Source of the DNA: an uncultured Rhodocyclaceae bacterium
GTDB lineage: Bacteria; Pseudomonadota; Gammaproteobacteria; Burkholderiales; Ga0077523
Assembly (NCBI GenBank): GCA_964641005.1
Contig: CAZXJW010000001.1
Location: 2,415-35,716 of the forward strand
Reading direction: 5' to 3'
Length of the DNA stretch: 33,302 nt
Under the pieces are notes generated by a model. It saw nothing but the letters and a program-made list of their open reading frames with translations. It was not told the DNA's origin and made no database searches. Made by a program: the position numbers and the translations under genes. Each line of letters starts with the position of its first letter. Positions within the stretch are counted from its first letter, which is position 1. Positions 1 through 8,525 of the stretch are shown piece after piece.

Positions 1-398
1 GCGGCCAGCGCCGGCAGCAGCGCGTCCATGGCATGGACGTAGGTGAAGTACTTTGCATCCATGGCGGCGTGCCAGGCGGCGGCGGTGAGCTGGTCGGGCG
101 GGGTGCGGCGGGCGGCGCCGGCGGAGTTCACCAGCACGTGGAGCTTGCCCATCTCGGCGGCCGCCTGGTCCGCCATGCGGGCCGCGTCCTCGGGCTTCGA
201 GAGGTCGGCCACGATGGTGAAGGGCGGCGCGTCGCCGGCCGAGTGCAGTCGCGCGGCGGCGATCTTGAGGTGTTCGGCGCTGCGCGACACCAGCGCCACG
301 CGTGCGCCTTCCGCCAGGAAGGCCGCGGCGCAGGCGAAACCGATGCCCTTGCTGCCGCCGGTGATCACCACCGCCTTGTCGTCGAGTTCGAGATCCAC
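1..398 (-). CDS. Short-chain dehydrogenase/reductase (SDR), N-terminal part only; the gene continues past the left window edge
   Basis: Not in the ORF track because it has no stop inside the window. The reverse complement from GTG at 398 reads VDLELDDKAVVITGGSKGIGFACAAAFLAEGARVALVSRS...LVNSAGAA. These are the Rossmann TGxxxGIG and NSAG motifs of classical SDRs. A GGAAAGGA Shine-Dalgarno-like run lies about 8 nt upstream. Confidence 0.8.
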   Translation of the reverse strand, partial: MDLELDDKAVVITGGSKGIGFACAAAFLAEGARVALVSRSAEHLKIAAARLHSAGDAPPFTIVADLSKPEDAARMADQAAAEMGKLHVLVNSAGAARRTPPDQLTAAAWHAAMDAKYFTYVHAMDALLPALA

Positions 399-440
399 GC
401 GAGAGTCCTTTCCGGGGCGGCCTGCCGCGCCGGCCGGGCG

Positions 441-1322
441 CTACAGCAGCGCGTCGGCCAGCACGCCGAGGAACACGGCACCGCCCACCTTGTTGTTGTC
501 CAGGAAGGCGCGGAAGCAGCCTTCCCGGGTCCGGTGGCGGATCATGCCGTACTGGCGCGCGCACAGCAGCCCCGCCGCCGCGAGTCCGGCATGGTAGGGC
601 CAGCCCGCCGAATGGACGTGGCCCACCGCCGCCATCAGCGCCAGGAAGCCGGCGTGGCAAAGCATCACCGCCGCCACGTCCAGGCGCCCGAACAGGATGG
701 CGCTGGTGCGCAGGCCCAGCCTGAGGTCGTCGTCACGGTCCACCATGGCGTACTCGGTGTCGTAGGCGATGGTCCACAGCACGTTCGCGGCGAGCATCAG
801 CCAGGCCTCCGGCGGAACCCGGCCCTGCAGCGCCGCGTAGGCCATGGGAATCCCGAAGCCGAAGGCGATGCCCAGGTAGGCCTGGGGTATGGCGAAGAAG
901 CGCTTGGTGAAGGGATAGCTGGCGGCCAGGAACGCGCCCGCGAAGGAGAGCTTCACCACCAGCGGGTCCAGCGGCAGGATCAGCACGAAGGCCGCCAGCG
1001 CCAGCACCGCCGCCACCGCCAGCGCCTCGCGCGGGCTCACCTGGCGCGCCGCGAGCGGGCGCGAGCGGGTGCGCTCCACGTGCGGATCGAAGTCGCGGTC
1101 GGCGTAGTCGTTGATGGCGCAGCCGGCCGAGCGCATCAGCACCGTGCCGGCCACGAAGATGGCCACCACCATGGCATCGGGCCGGCCGCCGCCGGCCAGC
1201 CACAGGGCCCAGAGGGTGGGCCAGAGCAGCAGCAGGATGCCGATGGGCCGGTCCAGCCGCACCAGCCGCGCGTAGAGCACGAGCCGCGTTCGAAGGCGGG
1301 ATGCGGGCGCGGCGTGCTGCAC
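441..1322 (-). CDS. ubiA: 4-hydroxybenzoate polyprenyltransferase (UbiA family)
   Basis: 293-aa ORF, multi-pass hydrophobic. It has both Asp-rich prenyltransferase motifs (NDYADRDFD and [12 protein letters not shown]) and RLDRPIG near the N-terminus. The listed start at 1322 is GTG, so the exact start is uncertain. Only 10 nt separate it from the stop of the upstream NuoB-like gene. Confidence 0.9.
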   Translation of the reverse strand: MQHAAPASRLRTRLVLYARLVRLDRPIGILLLLWPTLWALWLAGGGRPDAMVVAIFVAGTVLMRSAGCAINDYADRDFDPHVERTRSRPLAARQVSPREALAVAAVLALAAFVLILPLDPLVVKLSFAGAFLAASYPFTKRFFAIPQAYLGIAFGFGIPMAYAALQGRVPPEAWLMLAANVLWTIAYDTEYAMVDRDDDLRLGLRTSAILFGRLDVAAVMLCHAGFLALMAAVGHVHSAGWPYHAGLAAAGLLCARQYGMIRHRTREGCFRAFLDNNKVGGAVFLGVLADALL

Positions 1323-1332
1323 GGCGCTCGCC

Positions 1333-1842
1333 TCAGCGGGTCGCGATGGCCGTGAGGATCCCCTTGAGGATCGCCACCGGCGTGGGCGGACAGCCCGGCA
1401 CGGCCACGTCCACGGGGATCACGTTGGCCACCCTGCCGCAGCTCGCGTAGCCCTCGCCGAAGATCCCGCCCGTGCAGCCGCAGTCGCCCAGCGCCACCAC
1501 CAGCTTCGGGTCGGGCACCGCCTCCCAGGTGCGCCTGAGCGCGGTCTGCATGTTGCGCGACACCGGCCCTGTCACCAGCAGCAGGTCGGCGTGGCGCGGG
1601 CTGGCCGCCATGCGGATGCCGAGCTGTTCGAGGTTGTGCACCGGACTGTTGGCGGCATGGATCTCCAGCTCGCAGCCGTTGCACGAACCGGCATCCACGT
1701 GGCGGATCACCAGCGCGCCGCGGAAGCTGCGCAGGACCTCGTCCTTCAAGCGCTGGCGCACCTCTCGCAGCGCCTCGTCGGCCTCGGGTGGCGGTTCGGT
1801 GACGATGCCCGTGCGGGCGATCTGGCGAAGGATGCGGTACAT
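1333..1842 (-). CDS. NuoB / HyfI / HycG-like small subunit of a group-4-hydrogenase-related (Ehr-type) membrane complex
   Basis: 169 aa, ATG at 1842. The four-Cys pattern for the proximal [4Fe-4S] cluster is retained ([22 protein letters not shown]). Confidence 0.9.
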   Translation of the reverse strand: MYRILRQIARTGIVTEPPPEADEALREVRQRLKDEVLRSFRGALVIRHVDAGSCNGCELEIHAANSPVHNLEQLGIRMAASPRHADLLLVTGPVSRNMQTALRRTWEAVPDPKLVVALGDCGCTGGIFGEGYASCGRVANVIPVDVAVPGCPPTPVAILKGILTAIATR

Positions 1843-1852
1843 GGCCGTGGCT

Positions 1853-3400
1853 TCAGAGGTCCGCGCCAGCGTAGCTCAGGTTGAACGACTTGTTGATGAG
1901 CGGGAAGTCCGGGACGATGTTGCCGATCACGGCATGCTCCAGGGCCGGCCAGTTCTGCCAGGAGGGATCGTGGGGATGGCAGCGGCGCACCCGTCCGTCG
2001 GGGCCGGTCTCCAGCGCCACCATCGCCTCGCCGCGCCAGCCCTCCACCCAGCCGATGCCCAGGGCCGCGCGCGGCGCCGGCAGGGCCACGCGGCATTCGT
2101 CCTCGGGCAGGCCCTCGAGAATGGCGCGCAGCAGCCGCAGCGATTCGGTGATCTCGTCGAAGCGCAGCGCCACGCGCGCGGCCACGTCGCCGCCCGGCTG
2201 CGTCCGGTCGCGCACGCCGAGCGCATCCCAGGGGCTGCACGGCAGCTCGGCGCGCAGGTCGCGGCGAAGGCCGCTGGCGCGCGCCGCCATGCCGGTGAGT
2301 CCCAGGCGCAGCGCCAGCTCCCGGGACACGCGACCGCAGCCCGCGAAGCGGTCCTGGAGGCCGGCGTGCTCGTCGTAGATGGCGCGCAGCTCGGCAACCT
2401 CCGCCTCGAGCAGCGCCATCGCCTCGTGCTGGTCCGCCAGGTCCTCCATGGGCACGTCCATGGCCACCCCGCCGGGCACCACCGTGTCCATCAGGTAGCG
2501 GTGGCCGCACAGGCGCGCATTGTCGCGCAGCCACTCCTCCTTGAGCCTGCCGAACTGCGCCAGGCCGAAGGCGAGGCCGGCGTCGTTGCCCAGCATGCCC
2601 AGGTCGCCCAGGTGATTGGCCACGCGCTCGCGCTCGAGCAGCAGCGCGCGCAGCCAGGCCGCGCGCGGAGGGATCTCGACCCCCCAGGCCGACTCGAGCG
2701 CCATGCAGTACGCCCAGGCGTGGGTCACCGTGGAGTCGCCGCTCACCCGCCCCGCGAGCCGGTGGGCCTCGGCCGCGGGCAGCGACTCGAAACGCTTCTC
2801 GATGCCCTTGTGCTTGTAGCCCAGGCGCTCCTCGAGCCGCAGGACGCGCTCGCCCAGCACCGAGAAGCGGAAGTGGCCCGGCTCGATGGTCCCGGCGTGC
2901 ACCGGGCCCACGGGGATCTCGTGCACGCCCTCGCCGGCCACGGCCACGAAGGGATAGTCGTCGGGCGCCGGCTCGAAGGCCTGGCGGCCCACGAAGTCGC
3001 GCCGCAGCGGATGGGCGTCCGCGGGCCAGGCGCCATGGCGCAGCCACGGACGATGGTCGCGCGCCCCTTCGAACACCACTCCGTTCAGCTCGGCCGCGGC
3101 GCGCTGCAGCCGCACCGCCGGCAGGAACAGGTCGGACAGGTCGGGCACCGCGGGCGCCGCGCGGTCGGGCAGCGCGAGGCGCAGCAGCAGCAGGCCGGCC
3201 TCGTCGGCCAGCGCGGCGAACGCCTCGTGGCCCTCGCCGAGGTCGCGCCGGTCGGCCGCCCACAGCGACACCAGCCGGCCGCCACGCGCGTGCACCGCGC
3301 CCGCGGCGGCGCGCCAGCCGGCGGCGTTCACCTCGGCCAGGCGCACCGGCATGGCACCGGGCAGCGGCCGCGTGGCCACGGGCAGGGCGGCGGCGCTCAT
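1853..3400 (-). CDS. NuoC-NuoD fusion / HyfG-HycE-like 'large subunit' lacking the [NiFe] cysteine ligands
   Basis: ATG at 3400 overlaps the stop of the upstream gene (ATGA, 3397-3400). The 804-aa track ORF is only an upstream extension of this frame across the preceding gene. The N-terminal ~150 aa are NuoC-like and the rest NuoD/HycE-like (GPVHAGTIEPGHFRF, ERLGYKHKGIEK). The ligand positions read RVSGDSTVTH where R-x-C-G-x-C-x-x-x-H is expected. The C-terminus reads NKSFNLSYAGADL-stop where D-P-C-x-x-C-x-x-R is expected, and there is no C-terminal processing extension. Confidence 0.88.
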   Translation of the reverse strand: MSAAALPVATRPLPGAMPVRLAEVNAAGWRAAAGAVHARGGRLVSLWAADRRDLGEGHEAFAALADEAGLLLLRLALPDRAAPAVPDLSDLFLPAVRLQRAAAELNGVVFEGARDHRPWLRHGAWPADAHPLRRDFVGRQAFEPAPDDYPFVAVAGEGVHEIPVGPVHAGTIEPGHFRFSVLGERVLRLEERLGYKHKGIEKRFESLPAAEAHRLAGRVSGDSTVTHAWAYCMALESAWGVEIPPRAAWLRALLLERERVANHLGDLGMLGNDAGLAFGLAQFGRLKEEWLRDNARLCGHRYLMDTVVPGGVAMDVPMEDLADQHEAMALLEAEVAELRAIYDEHAGLQDRFAGCGRVSRELALRLGLTGMAARASGLRRDLRAELPCSPWDALGVRDRTQPGGDVAARVALRFDEITESLRLLRAILEGLPEDECRVALPAPRAALGIGWVEGWRGEAMVALETGPDGRVRRCHPHDPSWQNWPALEHAVIGNIVPDFPLINKSFNLSYAGADL

Positions 3401-4848
3401 CCGATCATCGCCGCGGCCTGGCGATACCACGCGGCGATCCAGGGCGGTATCCACAGGCCCAGCAGCAGCACGATGGCGAGGTGGACGAACACCGGCGCGG
3501 CCGCCGGGCGATGCTGCAGGGGCGCTCCGGTGGGCTCGCCGAACACCATGGCCTGCACGCGCCCGAACACGGCGGCGAAGGCCACGCCCAGCGCCAGCAG
3601 CAGCAACGGGGTGGCCCAGGGATGATCGCGCATGGCGGTGGTGAGGATCATGAACTCGGCGGTGAACACGCCGAAGGGCGGCATGCCGAGGATCGCGATC
3701 GTGCCCAGCATCAGCCCCCAGCCCACCGCCGGACTGCGCGACACCAGGCCGCGGATGCCCTCCATGGCCTGGGTGCCGGTCTTCTGCGCGGCGTGCCCCA
3801 CGGCGAAGAAGATGGCCGACTTGGTGAGCGAGTGCACGGTCATGTGCAGCAGCGCGGCGAAGCCCGCCACCGCTCCGCCCATGCCGAAGGCGAAGGTGAT
3901 CAGGCCCATGTGCTCGATGGAGGACCAGGCGAACAGCCGCTTCACGTCCTTCTGGCGCGACAGGAAGAATGCCGCCACCAGCACGGTGAGCAGCCCGAAG
4001 CCCATCATCAGCCGGCCGGCCAGGGCCGTGCCCAGCGCGCCGTCCACCAGCACCTTGGAACGCACCACGGCGTACAGCGCCACGTTCAGCAGCAGCCCGG
4101 AGAGCACCGCGGAGATGGGCGTGGGGCCCTCGGCGTGGGCGTCCGGCAGCCAGTTGTGCAGCGGCACGAGGCCCACCTTGGTGCCATAGCCCACCAGCAG
4201 GAAGACGAAGGCGATGGCGAGCACGGTGGGCTCGAGCTGGTCCTTCACGGCGTCCAGGTGCGTCCACAGCAGCGCCGTGCCGCCGGCGCCGAGCACGCGC
4301 TCGGCGGCGAGGTAGATCAGGATGGTGCCGAACAGCGCCTGGGCGATGCCCACGCCGCAGAGCAGGAAGTACTTCCAGGCCGCCTCCAGGCTGGCCGGCG
4401 TGCGGTACAGCGACACCAGCAGCACCGTGGCGAGCGTGGCGCCCTCCATGGCCACCCAGAGGATGCCCAGGTTGTTGGTGGTGAGCGCGAGCAGCATGGT
4501 GAACAGGAACAGCTGGTACATGGCGTGGTAGAGGCGCATGCCGCCCGGGCCGATGCGTCCCCGGTCCACCTCGGTGCGCATGTAGGGGCGGCTGAACAGC
4601 GCCGTGGTGAAGCCCACGAAGGTGGTGAGCGCCACCAGGAACACGTTGAAGGCGTCCACGTGGAACTGCTCGCGCAGCAGCACCTGGGGACCGGCCTCCA
4701 CCACCTGCATGGCCATGGCGGCGGCGGACAGGAAGCCGAAGCCCGCGAACACCGCGTTCAGGTCGGCGGCCTCGTGCCGGTCGCCGCGCCAGGCGAGCCA
4801 GGCGGCGCCGGCGAGCGGCAGGGCGAGCACCATCAGCAGCGCCGTCAT
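3397..4848 (-). CDS. HyfF / NuoM-N-like antiporter-type membrane subunit
   Basis: 483 aa from ATG 4848 (MTALLMVLALPLAG...), which overlaps the upstream stop as ATGA (4845-4848). It has the antiporter-subunit signature WLPDAHAEGPTPISAVLSGLLLNVALY and is polytopic. Confidence 0.88.
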   Translation of the reverse strand: MTALLMVLALPLAGAAWLAWRGDRHEAADLNAVFAGFGFLSAAAMAMQVVEAGPQVLLREQFHVDAFNVFLVALTTFVGFTTALFSRPYMRTEVDRGRIGPGGMRLYHAMYQLFLFTMLLALTTNNLGILWVAMEGATLATVLLVSLYRTPASLEAAWKYFLLCGVGIAQALFGTILIYLAAERVLGAGGTALLWTHLDAVKDQLEPTVLAIAFVFLLVGYGTKVGLVPLHNWLPDAHAEGPTPISAVLSGLLLNVALYAVVRSKVLVDGALGTALAGRLMMGFGLLTVLVAAFFLSRQKDVKRLFAWSSIEHMGLITFAFGMGGAVAGFAALLHMTVHSLTKSAIFFAVGHAAQKTGTQAMEGIRGLVSRSPAVGWGLMLGTIAILGMPPFGVFTAEFMILTTAMRDHPWATPLLLLALGVAFAAVFGRVQAMVFGEPTGAPLQHRPAAAPVFVHLAIVLLLGLWIPPWIAAWYRQAAAMIG

Positions 4849-5504
4849 CCGCGGTCCCTCAGCTTCTCGAGGTTGCGCACGTCGAGGCTGTCGAAGGTCT
4901 CGCGGATGCGGAAGAAGAAGATGCCGAACACGAACACGCCCACCAGCACGTCGAGCGCGATGCCCAGCTCCACCACCATGGGCATGCCGTAGGTGGCGCC
5001 GGTGGCGGCGAAGAACAGCCCGTTCTCCAGCGCGAGGAAGCCGATCACCTGCGGGATGGCGCGCCGGCGGGTGATCATCATGAGCAGCGACAGCAGCACC
5101 GCCGCCATGGCGATGCCCAGCGTGCCGCGGGTGATGGTGCCGGAGAGCTCGGCGATGGGCAGGGCCAGGTTGAAGGCGATCACCACCAGCACGATGCCCA
5201 CCAGCAGGGTGGTGGGCACGTTGATGAGCGGCTCCACGTCGCGGTCCACTTCCAGGCGCACCGCCAGCCGGCGCAGCACCAGCGGCAGCAGCGCCGCCTT
5301 GAGCAGCGCCGTGAGGCCCGCCGACCACCACAGGTGGGCCTGGCCCGTGCTCCAGGCCACCACGGCGGTGTTGGCCGCCAGCAGCGCACCCTGCAGGGCG
5401 AACAGCCCGATCAGCGCCATCAGGCGCCGCTGGGCGAGCATGGCGAAGGCCATCAGCAGCATCAGCGCCGCCAGCAGGTCGATGAGCTGGGCGGACAGGC
5501 TCAC
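4845..5504 (-). CDS. HyfE-like small membrane subunit
   Basis: 219 aa from GTG 5504 (VSLSAQLIDLLAALMLL...), overlapping the upstream stop as GTGA (5501-5504). Hydrophobic, with a GFLALENGLFFAA motif typical of HyfE/NuoK-like subunits. The rest of the 507-aa track ORF is an out-of-gene extension. Confidence 0.8.
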   Translation of the reverse strand: MSLSAQLIDLLAALMLLMAFAMLAQRRLMALIGLFALQGALLAANTAVVAWSTGQAHLWWSAGLTALLKAALLPLVLRRLAVRLEVDRDVEPLINVPTTLLVGIVLVVIAFNLALPIAELSGTITRGTLGIAMAAVLLSLLMMITRRRAIPQVIGFLALENGLFFAATGATYGMPMVVELGIALDVLVGVFVFGIFFFRIRETFDSLDVRNLEKLRDRG

Positions 5505-6469
5505 CGGGGTGCCGCCTGCAGGAAGAAGGTGAGCATGCCCAGCACCGCCAGCAGGAAGGCCATGCCGAGGAACTCGGGAGCGCGGAAGATGCGCATCTTC
5601 GCCGACACGGTCTCGAGCAGCGCGAGCGCGAAGCCGCCGATGAACAGCTTTGCCGTGAGCGCCGCCAGCGCCAGGGGAAGGAGGTCCCAGCGCCCCGCCG
5701 GCGCCACGCCCCAGGGGGCGAACAGCGCGATGCCGACGCCGGCGTAGACCATGAACTTGAGCGCGTGGGCCCATTCCATGAGGGCGAGGTGGCGGCCCGA
5801 GTACTCGAGCAGCATGGCCTCGTGGATCATGGTGAGCTCCAGGTGCGTGGCCGGATTGTCCACCGGGATGCGGGCGTTCTCGGCCAGCAGCACCATCACG
5901 AAGGCCACCGCGGCGAAGGCGAGGCTCGGATGCAGGGCGAAGGGCTGGTACGCGAGGGTCTCGACGATGGTGGTGAGCGATGTGGAGCCCGCGATCAGCG
6001 AGGGCATGAAGAACACCATCAGCAGCGCCGGCTCGGCCAGCCCCGCCACCAGCATCTCGCGACGCGCGCCCAGCGAACCGAAGGCGGTGCCCGTGTCCAT
6101 GGCGGCCAGCGCCATGAACACCCGGGCCGTGGCCAGCAGCCCCACCAGCGCGATCACGTCGGCGGCCGGCGCGAACGGCAGGTCGGTGGCCACCATGGGC
6201 ACGATGCCCGCCGCGAGGACCATGCAGCCGAACACGCAGTAGGGCGCGAAGCGGAACAGGAAGGAGGCCTCGTGCGCCACCACCGACTCGCGTGCCAGCA
6301 GCTTGAGCAGCACCCGCCAGGGCTGCAGCAGCCCCGGGCCGGTGCGGTTGCCGAGCCACGCGCGGCACTGAGCCACCCAGCCCGCGAGCAGCGGCGCGGC
6401 CAGCACCAGCAGCAGCGTCTCGATCAGCTGCGACAGCGCGAACGGTGGCACGAGACCGGGTTCAGGCAC
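5501..6469 (-). CDS. HyfC / HycD / NuoH-like membrane subunit
   Basis: 322 aa, GTG start at 6469, with an 8-nt overlap on the upstream gene; an alternative GTG lies at 6451. NuoH-family core: AENARIPVDNPATHLELTMIHEAMLLEYSG. Confidence 0.88.
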   Translation of the reverse strand: MPEPGLVPPFALSQLIETLLLVLAAPLLAGWVAQCRAWLGNRTGPGLLQPWRVLLKLLARESVVAHEASFLFRFAPYCVFGCMVLAAGIVPMVATDLPFAPAADVIALVGLLATARVFMALAAMDTGTAFGSLGARREMLVAGLAEPALLMVFFMPSLIAGSTSLTTIVETLAYQPFALHPSLAFAAVAFVMVLLAENARIPVDNPATHLELTMIHEAMLLEYSGRHLALMEWAHALKFMVYAGVGIALFAPWGVAPAGRWDLLPLALAALTAKLFIGGFALALLETVSAKMRIFRAPEFLGMAFLLAVLGMLTFFLQAAPR

Positions 6470-8471
6470 GGATCACCAGCAGCAGGAACAGCAGCGTGGC
6501 GAAGCTGTACACCAGGTACAGGTGGATGCGGCCGTGCTGCAGCGGCGCGACCAGCGCCGAGATGCGGGCGGCGAGCCGCGCCACCGGCAGGTAGAGCCAG
6601 TGCCAGAGCCGGTCCTCGGTGCGCGCGGCGTAGCGCGGCGCCTCGTCGAAGGGGTCGGGTACGTGGCGCTCGATGCGGAAGAAGGGTTCGAAGATCTGCT
6701 TGATGGGCTGGCCGAAGCCCTCGGCCGTGTCCTGCATGCGCGCGGTCTGGGCCGGGAAGCCGCAGTCCCAGGGATCGGCTCGGCGGGTGCGCCCGTGCCA
6801 GAGCTGGCGCACCAGCAGCCACGTGGCGGCGATCACGCCGGCCACCACCACCAGGAACAGCAGCGGCGAATAGCTCGCCCGGTCGGCGGAGTCCGGCGTG
6901 AGGAACACCCAGCCGCGCGCCAGCGGCGCGCCGATGCCCTGGCCGAGCAGCAGCACCGACACCGGCTCGAGGCCGCGCAGCACCAGCACCGGCAGCACGC
7001 CCAGCAGCACGCAGGCGGCGGCGAAGTACGCCAGCGCGGCGCGCTCCCACGGGCCGGCGTCGCGGGCCTCGCGCAGGCTCGGCTCGCGCGGGCGGCCCAG
7101 GAACACCACGCCGTAGAACTTCACCATGACGTAGGCCGCGAACGCTGCCGCGAGCACCAGCGCCGCGGTGGCGATGGGCACGAACATGCGCAGGTAGGAA
7201 TCGGGCAGCTGCGGCGAGAGCAGGAAGGCCTGCAGCAGCAGCCACTCGGAAGCGAAGCCGTTGAGCGGCGGCAGGCCGGCGATGGCCAGGGCCCCCACCA
7301 GGGCCGTGGCCGCCACCCAGGGCATGCGCCGCGCCAGGCCGCCGAGATGGCCGAGGCTGCGCTGCGACGTGGCATGCATGACCGAGCCGGTGGCGCAGAA
7401 CAGCAGGCTCTTGAACATGGCGTGGTTCAGGCAGTGGTAGAGGGCGGCGGCCAGGGACAGCGCCGCCAGCGCCACCATGCCGTGGTGGCGGAACACCAGC
7501 GCCAGGCCCAGCGCCGCCAGCACGATGCCCAGGTTCTCGATGGACGAGTAGGCGAGCAGGCGCTTCATGTCCGTCTGCACCGCCGCGAACATCACGCCGA
7601 ACAGCGCAGTGGCCAGCCCCAGCGCCAGCGCCGCGACGCCCCACCAGGCGGCCGGCTCGCCGGCTAGGTCGAAGCCCACCCTCAGCAGCCCGTACACCGC
7701 CGTCTTCAGCATCACGCCGCTCATGAGCGCCGACACCGGCGAGGGCGCGGCGGGATGGGCCTCGGGCAGCCAGGCATGCACCGGCAGGAAACCCGCCTTG
7801 GCGCCGAAGCCCAGCAGCGCCAGCACGAAGGCCAGCCCCGCCCAGGCCTCGCTGCGGCCGGCGCCGCGCATGGCCTCGAAGGTGTACTGCCCGGCGCCCG
7901 CCTGCAGCACGCCGAAGGTGAGCAGGATCGCCACCGCACCCACGTGCGCCATGAGCAGGTACAGGAAGCCCGCGCCGCGGATCTCCGCCACGCGATGGTC
8001 GGTGACCACCAGGAAGTAGGAGGCCAGCGCCATGGTCTCCCAGGCCACCATGAACAGGTAGGCGTCGTCGGCCACCAGGACCGTGGCCATGGCGGCGAGG
8101 AACAGGTGCACCTGGAGGCAGGTCAGCCCCGGCTGCGGATTGGCCGCGCCGCGGAAGTAGCCGGCGGAATAGACGAGCACGCCGGCCGAGGCGGCGCCCA
8201 GCAGCAGCAGGAAGAAGCCCGACAGCGCATCGGCGCGCAGGTGGAAAGGCAGGTCGGGCAGGCCCAGCGGCAGCACCAGCACCTGGGGCGCCGCGCCCAT
8301 GGACATCCAGCCGCACCATGCCAGCAGCAGCGCGCCCACGGCGCCCGCCGGATAGAGCACGTGCACGGCATCGCGTTCACGCCCGAGCCACAGGCCGACC
8401 AGGCCCAGGGCGATCCAGTAGGCCGCCACGCCGAGGACGACGGCGAGCGGCGAGAGGGCGGCTGCGCTCAT
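6462..8471 (-). CDS. HyfB / NuoL-like antiporter-type membrane subunit
   Basis: 669 aa, ATG at 8471. Signature WLPEAHPAAPSPVSALMSGVMLKTAVYG, a long polytopic protein with the C-terminal extension typical of HyfB/NuoL. Confidence 0.9.
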   Translation of the reverse strand: MSAAALSPLAVVLGVAAYWIALGLVGLWLGRERDAVHVLYPAGAVGALLLAWCGWMSMGAAPQVLVLPLGLPDLPFHLRADALSGFFLLLLGAASAGVLVYSAGYFRGAANPQPGLTCLQVHLFLAAMATVLVADDAYLFMVAWETMALASYFLVVTDHRVAEIRGAGFLYLLMAHVGAVAILLTFGVLQAGAGQYTFEAMRGAGRSEAWAGLAFVLALLGFGAKAGFLPVHAWLPEAHPAAPSPVSALMSGVMLKTAVYGLLRVGFDLAGEPAAWWGVAALALGLATALFGVMFAAVQTDMKRLLAYSSIENLGIVLAALGLALVFRHHGMVALAALSLAAALYHCLNHAMFKSLLFCATGSVMHATSQRSLGHLGGLARRMPWVAATALVGALAIAGLPPLNGFASEWLLLQAFLLSPQLPDSYLRMFVPIATAALVLAAAFAAYVMVKFYGVVFLGRPREPSLREARDAGPWERAALAYFAAACVLLGVLPVLVLRGLEPVSVLLLGQGIGAPLARGWVFLTPDSADRASYSPLLFLVVVAGVIAATWLLVRQLWHGRTRRADPWDCGFPAQTARMQDTAEGFGQPIKQIFEPFFRIERHVPDPFDEAPRYAARTEDRLWHWLYLPVARLAARISALVAPLQHGRIHLYLVYSFATLLFLLLVIRA

Positions 8472-8525
8472 GCGCGGGGGAGCGTCAAGGTGGGGTCGAT
8501 GATACGTCGAAGGGGGGACCGGCCT

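Noticed and set aside
33-3625. 440-aa and 717-aa plus-strand ORFs (33-1355, 1472-3625)
   Set aside because: They are antisense to the SDR, ubiA, NuoB-like and NuoCD-like genes, all of which carry clear family motifs on the minus strand.
1853-4267. 804-aa version of the large-subunit ORF
   Set aside because: The part upstream of ATG 3400 overlaps the HyfF-like gene in another frame and is Arg/Gly/Ala-rich. ATG 3400 gives a 515-aa NuoCD-like protein and a typical ATGA coupling overlap.
1333-8471. Annotation as a functional hydrogenase-4 / formate hydrogenlyase
   Set aside because: All four Ni-Fe cysteine ligands of the large subunit are substituted and the C-terminal processing extension is missing. 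No HyfA/HyfH ferredoxin, FdhF, Hyp or HycI genes lie in the window.
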